From Candidatus Cloacimonadales bacterium (GTDB lineage Bacteria; Cloacimonadota; Cloacimonadia; Cloacimonadales; JAFGVF01), in NCBI GenBank assembly GCA_963662585.1, contig OY759729.1, positions 1,952,001-2,016,000 on the forward strand: a stretch of DNA of 64,000 nucleotides, written 5' to 3'. A program made the position numbers and the translations under genes. The notes beneath the pieces are model-generated. The model saw only the letters and a program-made list of their open reading frames with translations, had not been told where the DNA came from and searched no databases. Below are positions 29,413-40,282 of this stretch, one piece after another (position 1 is the stretch's first letter; each line of letters begins with the position of its first letter).

Positions 29413-30639
29413 ATGAAGATATTAGTTTTAAATTGTGGAAGTTCATCAATCAAATTCCAATTAATTAATAAAGGGAATGAAGAACTTTTAGCTGAAGGTA
29501 TAGTTGAAAATATAGGTGATGAATCATCTTTATTTACCTATAAAAGTGAAAAATATACTGTAAAGAAGAAAGAAATTATTATTGCTAATCATGAACAAGG
29601 TCTTAAAGATATTATTGATCTTTTATTAGATAAGAGTAAAGGTTGCATTAGTTCACCATCAGAAATCGACGCTGTTGGACATAGAGTTGTGCATGCTGGG
29701 GAATATTTCTCTGGTTCTGTATATATTGATGATGCTGTCGTTCACGCTTTAAAAGAGTGTACTCATTTAGCGCCTCTTCACAATCCAGCAAATATTAAAG
29801 GTATTGAAGCTGTTTATAAGTATCTTCCTGGAACTCCTCAATGTGGTGTTTTCGATACAGCTTTCCATCAAACTATGCCTGAAAAAGCTTATCTTTATGC
29901 TATTCCTTATGAACTTTATGTAGAACATAAGATCAGAAGATATGGTTTCCACGGAACATCACATAAATTTGTCTCTTTAAAGGCTGCAGAATATTTAGGC
30001 AAACCTTTAACAGACCTCAAGATAATCTCTTGTCATGTTGGTAATGGTGCTTCTATCACTGCTGTTAAATTTGGTGATTCTGTAGATACTTCTATGGGTT
30101 TAACTCCGCTTGAAGGTCTAGTTATGGGTACTCGTTGTGGTGATATTGATCCTGCTATTCCCCTTTTTCTTCAAGAAAATTTGGATATGACTGCTTCAGA
30201 AGTTAACACTATGTTAAATAAGAAATCAGGAATGATAGGATTATCACAATTATCTAATGACATGAGAACTATTGAAGATGGTATTTTAAAAGACCATGAC
30301 CACAGAGCTATCAGGGCACATGATGTTTATGCTTATAGAATTAAGAAATATATTGGTGCTTATGCTGCAGCAATGAATGGTGTTGACGCTATAGTTTTCA
30401 CTGGTGGTGTTGGAGAAAACATGCCTATTTTAAGAGAATTAGTTTGCGAAGATATGGATTATCTTGGCGTAAAAATTGATAAAGAAACTAATAATCAATG
30501 GGTTGGTGGAACTTTAGATATCTCAGCAAAAGATAGTAAGGTTAAAGTTCTTAAAGTACAAACTAATGAAGAGTTAATGATTGCTATTGAAACAGAAAAG
30601 ATAATAAAAAGCAGAGAAGCTTTAAGCAAAGAAAATTAA
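29413..30639 (+). CDS. ackA: Acetate kinase
   Basis: MKILVLNCGSSSIK, GHRVVHAG, APLHNP, RRYGFHGTSH and FTGGVGEN. Confidence 0.97.
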   Translation: MKILVLNCGSSSIKFQLINKGNEELLAEGIVENIGDESSLFTYKSEKYTVKKKEIIIANHEQGLKDIIDLLLDKSKGCISSPSEIDAVGHRVVHAGEYFSGSVYIDDAVVHALKECTHLAPLHNPANIKGIEAVYKYLPGTPQCGVFDTAFHQTMPEKAYLYAIPYELYVEHKIRRYGFHGTSHKFVSLKAAEYLGKPLTDLKIISCHVGNGASITAVKFGDSVDTSMGLTPLEGLVMGTRCGDIDPAIPLFLQENLDMTASEVNTMLNKKSGMIGLSQLSNDMRTIEDGILKDHDHRAIRAHDVYAYRIKKYIGAYAAAMNGVDAIVFTGGVGENMPILRELVCEDMDYLGVKIDKETNNQWVGGTLDISAKDSKVKVLKVQTNEELMIAIETEKIIKSREALSKEN

Positions 30640-30656
30640 TAAAGAAGATTAAAATA

Positions 30657-30682
30657 AAAGAGGTGTTGAAAAACACCTCTTT
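30657..30682. terminator. Bidirectional terminator between convergent ackA and radical SAM genes
   Basis: AAAGAGGTGTT-GAAA-AACACCTCTTT. Confidence 0.85.
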
Positions 30683-30689
30683 ATATATA

Positions 30690-31709
30690 TCAATTATTTT
30701 TCTCTTCAATTCTAAGTTTTACACCTTCACCACAATTGCGACATATTTCAAATGATTTTCTATTTTTAAGAATCGCATTTCTCATGTTTTGGAAAGCTTT
30801 CCCTTGCCAAATTGATAGCAAAGATTGGTCTTTAACATTACCTACTGGGAATTCAATATCTTTATCAAAGCAACAGATAGCTACCTCTCCATTCCAATTA
30901 ACTACTGGTTGTTGCCACATTCTCCGACATTTATTCTCTAGTTTAAACTTAATCTCGAAATTCTCTCCAGAGATATTATATCTACGATACTTAGGATTAT
31001 CAGGTAAAAACTTTATATCGTCTTTGGAATATATTTGAATAGTTTTAAAGCTTAATTGATCTACTGCTAGTTCTTTAGCCATATTCTTTATTTGTTCAAT
31101 CTCATGTTCATTATGCTTCATTACTAAAAATTGCCATCTGATAATTGGGGTTGGTGAATTTAGTCTCTTTTTAGCCTCTACAATCTTTTTAACATTTGTC
31201 AGAACTTTATCTAATTTTCCATTAACTCGATATTGATTATAGCTTTCTTGGGTAGCTCCATCAAGTGATACTATCATGGAGTCAATCCCTGATTTTACTA
31301 CTTCATCAGCATCCATATCAGCATTAAGATTTGTCGATATCAAGGTGAAGAGTCCAGCATCAGTGGCATACTTAACCATTTTATTAATATCAGGATTTAG
31401 ATATGGTTCTCCTTGGTTCCAAAGAATGATCATTGTACAATAATCTTTTACTTCATCGATCACTTTTTGAAAAAGCGGGAAAGACATATATCCTTTGGCT
31501 CGTTTTAGTGTGCCATTTCCAGACGGACAGAGGGGGCATTTCAAATTGCATATATTGGTCGGTTCTATCATAACAGCTGTTGGGTAACCCCAAATATGGC
31601 TTTTGTGGGTAAGATTTGATATTACCCGGGAGGTATTTCCTAAAATTAAGTTATTAACCTTTTTCCAGGATAGATTTTTTTTAACAATTCTTTTGTTTTG
31701 TTTAAGCAT
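30690..31709 (-). CDS. Radical SAM protein with SPASM/Twitch domain
   Basis: CNLKCPLC, GEPYLN, C..W...CCFD...GNV...CRNC. Confidence 0.93.
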   Translation of the reverse strand: MLKQNKRIVKKNLSWKKVNNLILGNTSRVISNLTHKSHIWGYPTAVMIEPTNICNLKCPLCPSGNGTLKRAKGYMSFPLFQKVIDEVKDYCTMIILWNQGEPYLNPDINKMVKYATDAGLFTLISTNLNADMDADEVVKSGIDSMIVSLDGATQESYNQYRVNGKLDKVLTNVKKIVEAKKRLNSPTPIIRWQFLVMKHNEHEIEQIKNMAKELAVDQLSFKTIQIYSKDDIKFLPDNPKYRRYNISGENFEIKFKLENKCRRMWQQPVVNWNGEVAICCFDKDIEFPVGNVKDQSLLSIWQGKAFQNMRNAILKNRKSFEICRNCGEGVKLRIEEKNN

Positions 31710-31734
31710 TTATAATTTCCATTTTTTCTAGTAT

Positions 31735-34700
31735 TTAGTCTAAGACTATGAACTTCTCTCTAACAGTAACACTCTTACCATCTGCAGTAGCTTTAATGAT
31801 GTAGAAATAGGTGTTGTTAGCTATTTTATCTCCCTGCTTATCTCTACCATTCCAATTGACTTTATTGAATCCTTTTGAAACATTGGCTTCAAGAGAATTA
31901 ATTTTTTTACCAGTTATAGTATAGATATCAATTTTTATGAAGGCATCATTGCTTATCATAAAGGTAAAATCTCCACCACTTTTAGGCATTGGATTAGGAT
32001 AAGGTAGGATATCACTTATTGAAAGTTCTGAAGACTCAGAGACATTAAAAGTTATTGTTTTGACAGAAGGTCTATTTAGATTATCAAAAGCTAAAATTTT
32101 TAGAGTATGATTTCCAGGAGTTAGATTATTGATTTGGTATTCAATCTGACCTGCTTGGTAAGAATCAAGATCAAATTTAAAGTAAGGAGTGATATCGAAA
32201 GAATTGAAGTCATCATCAATCATAAGAAGTAGTTGATGACCTGAACCACCCGAAATGTTGATACCATTATCATCGCTAATATCTACTAGTAAGAGAGGAT
32301 TTTGTGAGACTACATCTCCATCTCTAAAATCATAAGACTCGAGCCAGATAGATATTTCAGGAGCTGATTCATTTACTACATTATAGTTTTGTCCAGCAAA
32401 TTCAATCGGGTAATAGTAGTCAATAATCTCTTCTTTAGAAATAGGATCAAAGCCATAAACAATTATTTTTCCTTCCTCACCATCAATAATATCATCAGGA
32501 ACTACGAATGCAGAAGAATATAGACCATTAGAAATACTAGATTCTCCATTAAAAATACTAGAGCCTGGCACTAGAATATTGTAGTTAGAAAGAGGAAGAT
32601 AAGTGTCTGATTGAAAAGCTAAGACTTGTGAAGTTTCAATATTAATATTATCATTCAAATTACCAGAGAACTTAACTGTTTCTCTTGCTTGGAAGGAAGT
32701 CTTCTCATCATCAAAAACAATATTTCTTCTGCTTAATGGAGGTGTGATTTCTAAATGTGGATCTCCAAAGAGAATATATTTAGATTGATTAACATTTGAA
32801 GAGAGTTCTCTTGCTTTAGTAAGCATGATAGCGGTGCCGATATCTTCTCTAGTCTCTAAAGAAAAATAGAGCAAATTACCAACCATATCGTTATTGTTAG
32901 GTATAAAGCAAAGTCTGGTAGAACCCCAAGTAGCAATTGCTCCTCCGCTATTATACTTAAGCAAATCTGAAGATAGGCAATCGAAATCAGGACTATCAAA
33001 CTGGGATGCATCGCAAGCTGCAGAGATAAAGAAAGTTCTTTTATCATCATTTGTTAATAAAGGTGTGTCAATTCCTTGTCTGAAGTAAGCTTCTGAACCA
33101 AGTTGGTCATAAGAACCATGACCTGAATAATAAGTTAAAAGCGCACCTTGGTTAATTCCTTCAATAAAATCATTTCTGGCATTAGGTTTTTTCCCAAATT
33201 CATCTGCTTCGTATTGGAAGGCATAGATTCTTTTATTAATGAGTGATGATGGGGCGTTAAGAATAGCATTATTTAATTGTACAGTATGACTTGTCTCAGA
33301 AGTACTAGTACCATTTTTAAAGTCATCTGCAATAAAAAGTCCAGTATTTCTCCACCAGTCAATAGAAAAATCTTTATTAGAATATGCTTCAAATTTATCA
33401 ATCATCATATCTAATTCTGTGGCATTCTTAGCTGGGTATCTACCAATAGCTAATTCTGGTTTAATAGTTTGGGTAAGGTAAGTGAAATAGTCATCTGAGG
33501 TGGTAGCATCTCCAACCCCGGAGTTACCATTTTGATAGATAATCATCTTATTTTTTTCAGCTGAGTTGCTCTTATAGCCTTTCCAATCATAAGTACCTAC
33601 ACCGAGAAGGGTTACATATTGAATCTCTCTTCCAAGCTCAGAACTATAAATATGAGTTAAGAAATTTCTGATAGCAGTTGGGTCATCCATACCACCAGAG
33701 AACTGGTTAAAAATATCAGACATTTTAACTATTGAGGTTGAAGAATTATAGACACTTTCATAAATCTCTTTTAACCTTGATGCTTGGCTTTGAAACACTT
33801 CAGGATAGATAATAATACTCTCTTTACCTAAAGATGGGCTTATTATATCTATTGGGCTTACTGAACTTATACTTGCAGAAAGATAGTCATTATTAGTAAC
33901 ATAGAATTTTGAAACAAAGTAGTCAGATTGATTAAGAATTAGATTAGGAACCATACCTGTGAAAAGGAGCTCATTATTTTCCAGATTATAAGATAACTCT
34001 TTTGTTTCATAAATGTTATTGGTTGAGAATACTCTAGTATTACTGGAAAAGCTACCTTCAACTGAATATTTAACAAATTCACCTAGGTCATTTTCTCGGA
34101 AATTAATTCCTAATTGGCTACCAGAGTATTTTTTATTTTTCTTCATATACTGTAGCTCTATATAATCCAAAAAGAGATTATCTTGATTAGTTCTATGGAC
34201 TGTAATACCAATACTATTCTCTCCATTTGTTAAAGAAGAAACTTTTTCTTTAAGTATTTTATAAGTATATCCATACCAAACATTATTAGAAGATAGGGTA
34301 TTGTTGTTAATTGAAAGAGATACTTCATGCCTTTTGGAAGAGGTGGAAGTTCCATTATATTCTTCAATGAGGATTGCTTTTACGAAACTATTTTCATTGT
34401 TGTCAGCTATATCAAGATCAGAAATTGAGAGATCAAAGTTACTTGTAGTAGTAGAAGTTCCAGTTAGAAAATTGGAATACCAGTAGAGGTTAGTCTGTAG
34501 GCGTTTATAAAACTCTCTTTCATATCTAACATTTTGGGGGTTATTAGTTCTAGTTACTGTAGCTGAAGGTGAACTATCCTCAAACTCCATTCTTAAGGGG
34601 AGAGAATCTAAAACTGCATCATAAGATAGCCAATATATCCCAGCGTCTGAATAAGGGTTAATAGATAGTTTATTACCAATTTCAGATAAGTAATCATAAT

Positions 34701-35610
34701 CATTTCGATCTCTAGCATAGAATATTATCCTATCCCCACTATCAAATGAACCATCGGACTCTCCTTCTATCAATAATGGAATCTCTCTGAAAGGAGAGCC
34801 AGCATCTGCTGTGTCTTCAGCCATTTTCTCGCCACCAGTTGTAAAAATGCGGATATTCCGAGGGTCTATATCATTTACAGGTAGGGTGTTTTGCAGATTA
34901 TTATAAGTTAAGGAGTAGATACCGTCTTTGTTTATTTCGATTTTATACCAATGGTTGGCTATTGAGAAATCTGTATAGGCTGGGTAACGGAAACGATTAT
35001 TTACTAAATGAAAATTACTTGGATTTACTAATGTAGTTATGAACTTTTCTTCGAACCTATCCAAAGGTGCTACTATCCTATTTGTTTCAGGAATAGGCAT
35101 AACTAGTTCAATTTTGGTGGCGACTTCTAGGGTTCTTGTGGTATAGTTATATTTGAAAGGGTTAAATTTTATCTCAGCGTAAGAAACTCTTCTGAAATTT
35201 AGGTTTGGTGTAATTTGCAGTTGAGATCTGCTAGCTCTATATTTTTCTGGGTCAATCTGATAATTGTATTGATTTATTTTATTGTGTTTTTCAACTTCAG
35301 GAATTGGCTGAATATCTTTTCTTAGCTTGATAGTCTTAGATTCTAGAATATTTACTTCTACTGAGGGACTAGAGTTTTCCGGAGTAGAGACTTGAATTAA
35401 GAAGTAGGGGAGGTTAGCTTGTCCAGCTACAGCACTTACTTGACTATTAGGAGCTGTAATAACGGCAAATTCTCCATCTTCAGAAAGTGTGAAATCGCTA
35501 TTATCTAATTCAATTATCTGGTAATTACCTTCTATTCTTACATTTTTACCCATTGCTACAAGTACTAATATATTTATTAGTATCAACACAATTAACAAAT
35601 ATCTTTTCAT
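31735..35610 (-). CDS. PorU-like C25 (gingipain-family) protein with C-terminal T9SS/FlgD-like domain
   Basis: Likely start MKRYLL at 35610 (RBS GAGG). WYKIEINKDGIY, IFNQFSGG, SDDYF, IGRYP, catalytic GHG and SAAC; C-terminal PYPNP..IYTITGK..WNGRD. Confidence 0.85.
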   Translation of the reverse strand: MKRYLLIVLILINILVLVAMGKNVRIEGNYQIIELDNSDFTLSEDGEFAVITAPNSQVSAVAGQANLPYFLIQVSTPENSSPSVEVNILESKTIKLRKDIQPIPEVEKHNKINQYNYQIDPEKYRASRSQLQITPNLNFRRVSYAEIKFNPFKYNYTTRTLEVATKIELVMPIPETNRIVAPLDRFEEKFITTLVNPSNFHLVNNRFRYPAYTDFSIANHWYKIEINKDGIYSLTYNNLQNTLPVNDIDPRNIRIFTTGGEKMAEDTADAGSPFREIPLLIEGESDGSFDSGDRIIFYARDRNDYDYLSEIGNKLSINPYSDAGIYWLSYDAVLDSLPLRMEFEDSSPSATVTRTNNPQNVRYEREFYKRLQTNLYWYSNFLTGTSTTTSNFDLSISDLDIADNNENSFVKAILIEEYNGTSTSSKRHEVSLSINNNTLSSNNVWYGYTYKILKEKVSSLTNGENSIGITVHRTNQDNLFLDYIELQYMKKNKKYSGSQLGINFRENDLGEFVKYSVEGSFSSNTRVFSTNNIYETKELSYNLENNELLFTGMVPNLILNQSDYFVSKFYVTNNDYLSASISSVSPIDIISPSLGKESIIIYPEVFQSQASRLKEIYESVYNSSTSIVKMSDIFNQFSGGMDDPTAIRNFLTHIYSSELGREIQYVTLLGVGTYDWKGYKSNSAEKNKMIIYQNGNSGVGDATTSDDYFTYLTQTIKPELAIGRYPAKNATELDMMIDKFEAYSNKDFSIDWWRNTGLFIADDFKNGTSTSETSHTVQLNNAILNAPSSLINKRIYAFQYEADEFGKKPNARNDFIEGINQGALLTYYSGHGSYDQLGSEAYFRQGIDTPLLTNDDKRTFFISAACDASQFDSPDFDCLSSDLLKYNSGGAIATWGSTRLCFIPNNNDMVGNLLYFSLETREDIGTAIMLTKARELSSNVNQSKYILFGDPHLEITPPLSRRNIVFDDEKTSFQARETVKFSGNLNDNINIETSQVLAFQSDTYLPLSNYNILVPGSSIFNGESSISNGLYSSAFVVPDDIIDGEEGKIIVYGFDPISKEEIIDYYYPIEFAGQNYNVVNESAPEISIWLESYDFRDGDVVSQNPLLLVDISDDNGINISGGSGHQLLLMIDDDFNSFDITPYFKFDLDSYQAGQIEYQINNLTPGNHTLKILAFDNLNRPSVKTITFNVSESSELSISDILPYPNPMPKSGGDFTFMISNDAFIKIDIYTITGKKINSLEANVSKGFNKVNWNGRDKQGDKIANNTYFYIIKATADGKSVTVREKFIVLD

Positions 35611-35779
35611 TTTACCCTCAATAATTTTCTTTATCATATTTTCTCTGAGTTAATATTATTAGTATATCTTGACTGTCAATAATTAAAGCTTATGCTATTA
35701 AGAATAACATCAAAATATATAATAAGTGATTTCTTATTTCTAAACAATTAATAAATAAATAATCAGCTATTTCCTGATA

Positions 35780-37432
35780 CTATTTGGCTAGAATTAATTT
35801 TTTGGTAACTGTCTCCTCTTTAAACTTTGCAGAAACAAAATAGATACCACTACTCAATTTATCAGTAATGTTATGAATATCATAGATATCTGTATTTGTT
35901 TTAGGTTTTACACTAGCAATCAACTGTCCTTTGATATTGAAAACAGAAATCTCTTGTATTGGATTTTCCTGATTTTTTACTTTTAAAAAGCTAGTACTTG
36001 AAGTAGGATTAGGAAAAATAGTAACTCTTGCTTTTTCATTTATTTCAATAACATCAGAAGATTCTATTGAAGAATAAGTGAAAGTAAATGGCTGGCTAAA
36101 GAAGTTTGCTTGCTCCATAGACATTATCTCTAACCACAAATATCCACTAGAATCTAATTCTTCTAAAGAAAATGAGTAATTATTGCTAAGAATAGAGTTT
36201 TGTGCCGGAATAAAATGAGCATTAACTTTCATAGCATCTTCTAGGCGAGAACTTTCTGCAAAATATAGATTATAACCAATTAGATTAGATTCTCCATAGC
36301 TTGTCCAGTTAAATAGACATCCTGTGTCATTCCAGGCAAATTCTGTGCTAAATAGAGACACAGGTAAAGTCTCATCAATCACAAATTCTCCTGGGTTTGA
36401 ATCTGCAGCTGAATTTGCAGAATAGAAATCCCAGCTATCACTATCTGTCTCTTCAGAAGCAATTAGGTTTGACGATTTTCTCCTAGCATATCCTTCATAA
36501 AAATTAATTCCCACAACTTTATCTATTATCTCTCTGCTATCATTACTAACAATTTGAGCACCGTCATTATCACTGGGAATTCCAGCCCAGAACCTACTTC
36601 TTGAGCTCCAATCACCATATCCAATATTACAGAAGGATCCTGAAGCATCATTGTCCCCTATTACTAAGGATTGACGAGCTAGTATAATACCACTTAATTC
36701 CCAAGTAAAGATTACACTGTTGCTATGAATACTATCTAAATTAAAGTTGGATAAGTCTATCAGACGATCTCCTATATTGGTGATTTGAATATATCTATCA
36801 TCATAGTTTAAGCCTTCTGGTGAACATAATTTTGTAATTAACAAATCAGAACTATTCCCTAGGTTAGTTTCTGAGTATAGATTCACTTCTCTAAGTTTGA
36901 AGATTTCATTATCAGCACTACAATCTACTTCAACAAGTAATTGACACTGGCTAGTATTTGAAATCTGTCCGGAAATTTTTACTTTATTAGCATCCCCGTT
37001 ATTTTCATAGAATAATTCATAATTTTGATTATCATCATAATAACCAATGCGAACAAAATCTTTTAATGATAGAGAAGACATATCCCAAGTATCTGTAGTC
37101 TCTAGGCTGAAGTCAGCGAAATAAGTTTTATTAGAATCTAGTTCAATAATCTTACTTTTCCACAGCACTCCCACGCCAGTAGTATCTAACTGGGAAGAGC
37201 AATCTAAATCTCTGGCTTCCAAAAGACCATTTTTTACCATAAACCAGTCTGGGCTCGTAGTGTTTTGTAAAGTAACTCCTCGTAAATCAATTTCCCATTC
37301 TTGTGTGGGTAAGTAAAGCTCGTTTCCAAAATAACCGTAACCATTTTCATTAGGAAAATTTGTTCCCCATATCATTTCATAACCATCAGAAATGACTGGT
37401 GATAATATTAATACCAATAAAATAACTATCAT
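35780..37432 (-). CDS. Secreted protein with lamin-tail-like domain and T9SS type-A C-terminal domain
   Basis: LLITKL..YIQITN..IDLSNF; TLPVSL..WTS..ESNLIGYN; IFPNP..VFNIKGQ..LSSGIYF..KKLIL. Confidence 0.8.
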   Translation of the reverse strand: MIVILLVLILSPVISDGYEMIWGTNFPNENGYGYFGNELYLPTQEWEIDLRGVTLQNTTSPDWFMVKNGLLEARDLDCSSQLDTTGVGVLWKSKIIELDSNKTYFADFSLETTDTWDMSSLSLKDFVRIGYYDDNQNYELFYENNGDANKVKISGQISNTSQCQLLVEVDCSADNEIFKLREVNLYSETNLGNSSDLLITKLCSPEGLNYDDRYIQITNIGDRLIDLSNFNLDSIHSNSVIFTWELSGIILARQSLVIGDNDASGSFCNIGYGDWSSRSRFWAGIPSDNDGAQIVSNDSREIIDKVVGINFYEGYARRKSSNLIASEETDSDSWDFYSANSAADSNPGEFVIDETLPVSLFSTEFAWNDTGCLFNWTSYGESNLIGYNLYFAESSRLEDAMKVNAHFIPAQNSILSNNYSFSLEELDSSGYLWLEIMSMEQANFFSQPFTFTYSSIESSDVIEINEKARVTIFPNPTSSTSFLKVKNQENPIQEISVFNIKGQLIASVKPKTNTDIYDIHNITDKLSSGIYFVSAKFKEETVTKKLILAK

Positions 37433-37497
37433 GTTTACCTCTTTGATTAATGATAAGTCATGTAAACAACAATATATATTATTAGCAAGGAATTTTT

Positions 37498-39864
37498 TTA
37501 TAATAAAGAGGTGGGGTCTACATCGATGTCAATTTTCACAGAGCTTTTTTTACTAAATTCTTCTCTAAATGACTTCAAAACAGAGGAAATTACAGCTACA
37601 TCTTTACCCTTGAAGATAAGATGATGACGATATTTATTATTTATTTTTACTAGAGGAGCAGGAGTAGGTCCTAGTACTTTAAGCTCTTCATAAGAATAGT
37701 TGTGAGCTAAAGAATCAAAGAAGTTTTGATGTTTCTGGAAGAGCTTGGTAATACTTGCTTCATTGGCATGGGAGAAGAGAATTCTAGCAAGTCTGAAGTG
37801 AGGAGGATAGAAGAGATTATACCTCATTCTAAGTTCAATTTCTGCCATTTTAAGGAAGTCTTGTTCTGCCGAGTTCTTAATTGCATAATGAGTCGGGAGA
37901 TAGGTTTGAATATAAACTTCTCCCACCTTATCACCTCTTCCTGCTCTCCCTGCAACTTGGGTAAGAAGCTGAAATGCTCTCTCTGAAGCTCTAAAATCTG
38001 GTAAGTTAAGACTAATATCTGCCAAGATAACTCCAACCAAGGTAACATTGGGAAAATCTAATCCTTTGGAAATCATCTGAGTGCCTATTAAGATATCTAT
38101 ACTGCCATCAGACATCATTTCATACATATCTGTATAGCTTTTTTTCTTGCTAGTAGTATCAGAGTCCATTCTTAATATCTTAGCAGTAGGGAAGAGAACC
38201 CTAATCTGCTCTTCTAATTTTTGAGTTCCCCCTGCTCCATAAGAGAAAGTGTAGTGTCCACATTTATCACATTTTCTCGGGGTAGGCTTGCGGTAACCAC
38301 AATAATGACATACAACTTCTTCCGTATAGCTATGATAATGCAGACTAATATCGCAATTAGGACAAGTTACTAGTTCACCACAATTTTTACACTGCAAGAA
38401 AGTTGAATACCCTCTTCTATTTTGGAAGAGAATTGTCTGTTCTTTTCTTTCTAGATTAGCTTTGATAGCACTAGTAAGCTCTTCTGAAATAAGAATATCT
38501 TTCTGCTGTTTCTTCATATCTATGATATTAACTTTAGGTAGGAATATGCCTTCAGGACGATTGAGAAGTTGATTTAACTCATATTTACCTTTTAGGGCAT
38601 TATTCCAAGATTCCAATGATGGAGTTGCAGAACCTAATATCAAGGGACAATGATTAATTTTACTTCTAATAACGGCTAAATCTCTAGCATTATACCGTGG
38701 ACTATTATCTTGTTTATAAGATCCCTCATGCTCTTCATCAACTACAACTAAGCCAATATTCTCTAAAGGAGCGAAAATAGCAGATCTAGCCCCAATAATT
38801 ATTCTACACTCATGATTTTTTATTCGCTTCCATTCATAAAGTCTCTCTCTATCACTCAAGTGACTATGCAAGATAGCAATTTTTTCACCAAAGGCACTAT
38901 AGAATCTATCTACTGCTTGAGGAGTCAGCGAAATCTCAGGCACTAAGAGAAGAGCATTCTTTCCTAGAGTGAGTACTTTCTCCATAATCCTGATATATAT
39001 TTCAGTCTTGCCACTACCAGTGATACCGTAGAGAAGATGAACTTTATATTTTTCTAAGTCCTCCTCAATATTGGCGATAACCTTAGTTTGTTCATCTGTT
39101 AAAGTTACTATTTTTCTATCTTTTCTTACAGGTAATAAATCAATATTTTCACTAACTTCAATAGGGATTATTTTAATTAAAGACTTCTCTTGCAAAACCT
39201 TAATAATAGAATATGAAAACTCTTTAGCTAATTCTGAAAGAGGGATAATCTTATCACTATCTACTAGAGTAGAATAAGCTAAAAGTTGTTTGGGCGAAAG
39301 TTTTGGTACTTCTGCTACTTCTTCCAAAAAGACAAAATTAGCCTTTTTTACTTTAACTTTTTTATCATACATTCGCTTAATTTCGATATATTCTTTTTTC
39401 TCAAAATCTTCTAAAAGTTGATAAGAGAGGCCTTCTTTCAGTCTTGATTTTAATTCACTTAACTCAAACCAGGATCCACTTTTTATCTCTTGAAAAAGAA
39501 AAGTAGCATTGTTTTGAAGACCTTTTTCATCTTTTATTCTTATTTCACTTTGAATCTCAACTGAAATACCCTTAGGTAACATAGAAAACATTGCTTTCCC
39601 GACACTACATTGATAATATCCAGACATCCAGAAGCTCAACTCCCATAAATCTTTAGGTAATATATCTTCTCTATCAATTACCTCAATTATCTCTTTGTAG
39701 TTAATTTTTGGATTAATATCCTGAATTTCAGCTACAATAATCCCAGTTCGGATGCTATTCCCAAAAGGGACTATACATCTTCTGTTCAAAGATTGAGTCT
39801 GCTCACTTACATAAGTAAAGGTGTTTGATATATCTATATTTAAGGCTATTTCATAATATTTCAT
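37498..39864 (-). CDS. priA: Primosomal protein N' (replication restart helicase)
   Basis: GITGSGKTE, DEEHE, NRRGY, four CxxC pairs and QVAGRAGR. Confidence 0.97.
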   Translation of the reverse strand: MKYYEIALNIDISNTFTYVSEQTQSLNRRCIVPFGNSIRTGIIVAEIQDINPKINYKEIIEVIDREDILPKDLWELSFWMSGYYQCSVGKAMFSMLPKGISVEIQSEIRIKDEKGLQNNATFLFQEIKSGSWFELSELKSRLKEGLSYQLLEDFEKKEYIEIKRMYDKKVKVKKANFVFLEEVAEVPKLSPKQLLAYSTLVDSDKIIPLSELAKEFSYSIIKVLQEKSLIKIIPIEVSENIDLLPVRKDRKIVTLTDEQTKVIANIEEDLEKYKVHLLYGITGSGKTEIYIRIMEKVLTLGKNALLLVPEISLTPQAVDRFYSAFGEKIAILHSHLSDRERLYEWKRIKNHECRIIIGARSAIFAPLENIGLVVVDEEHEGSYKQDNSPRYNARDLAVIRSKINHCPLILGSATPSLESWNNALKGKYELNQLLNRPEGIFLPKVNIIDMKKQQKDILISEELTSAIKANLERKEQTILFQNRRGYSTFLQCKNCGELVTCPNCDISLHYHSYTEEVVCHYCGYRKPTPRKCDKCGHYTFSYGAGGTQKLEEQIRVLFPTAKILRMDSDTTSKKKSYTDMYEMMSDGSIDILIGTQMISKGLDFPNVTLVGVILADISLNLPDFRASERAFQLLTQVAGRAGRGDKVGEVYIQTYLPTHYAIKNSAEQDFLKMAEIELRMRYNLFYPPHFRLARILFSHANEASITKLFQKHQNFFDSLAHNYSYEELKVLGPTPAPLVKINNKYRHHLIFKGKDVAVISSVLKSFREEFSKKSSVKIDIDVDPTSLL

Positions 39865-40020
39865 ATTGTATCAAATTATCTGATCCATATTTTTGGCAAG
39901 AAGAATTTTAATCAGATAAAAATGAAGAAGAAGTATTATCGCTTATAATCATTGCCTTAAATCCAGATAGTGCTATTCGCCAAGGGCTACTGCTTTATTT
40001 GGGAAAAACTCTTTAGCTAC

Positions 40021-40115
40021 TTGTCTCCCTTTTCTCTTTTAATGCTCCTTGTCACTCTTCTCAAATGTTTATTGAAGTTTGTTTGATTTGAGTGATAAGG
40101 AGGATGGGAAGACAA
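40021..40115 (+). repeat. Dispersed hairpin element, copy 2
   Basis: CTCCTTGTCACTC-N32-GAGTGATAAGGAG with outer TTGTCTCCC/GGGAAGACAA pairing; similar to 8280-8350. Confidence 0.75.
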
Positions 40116-40210
40116 TAAGATGTTAACTTAAAGAGGAGTTTCTTAGAGTTTTAAGAATAGGAATAATGCTGTAAAAAAACAGTCAAATTATCTATAAGTA
40201 GATAGCTTTA

Positions 40211-40240
40211 TTGACAGAATAATCCCTTTAAATATAAGTT
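40211..40240 (+). promoter_or_regulatory. Putative sigma70 promoter of lpxK
   Basis: TTGACA at 40211, then TATAAG (16-nt spacer) or TAAGTT (18-nt spacer). Confidence 0.45.
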
Positions 40241-40282
40241 GAACTTATAATAAATAGTATGAAGAAAGGAAGAGGAAAACTG

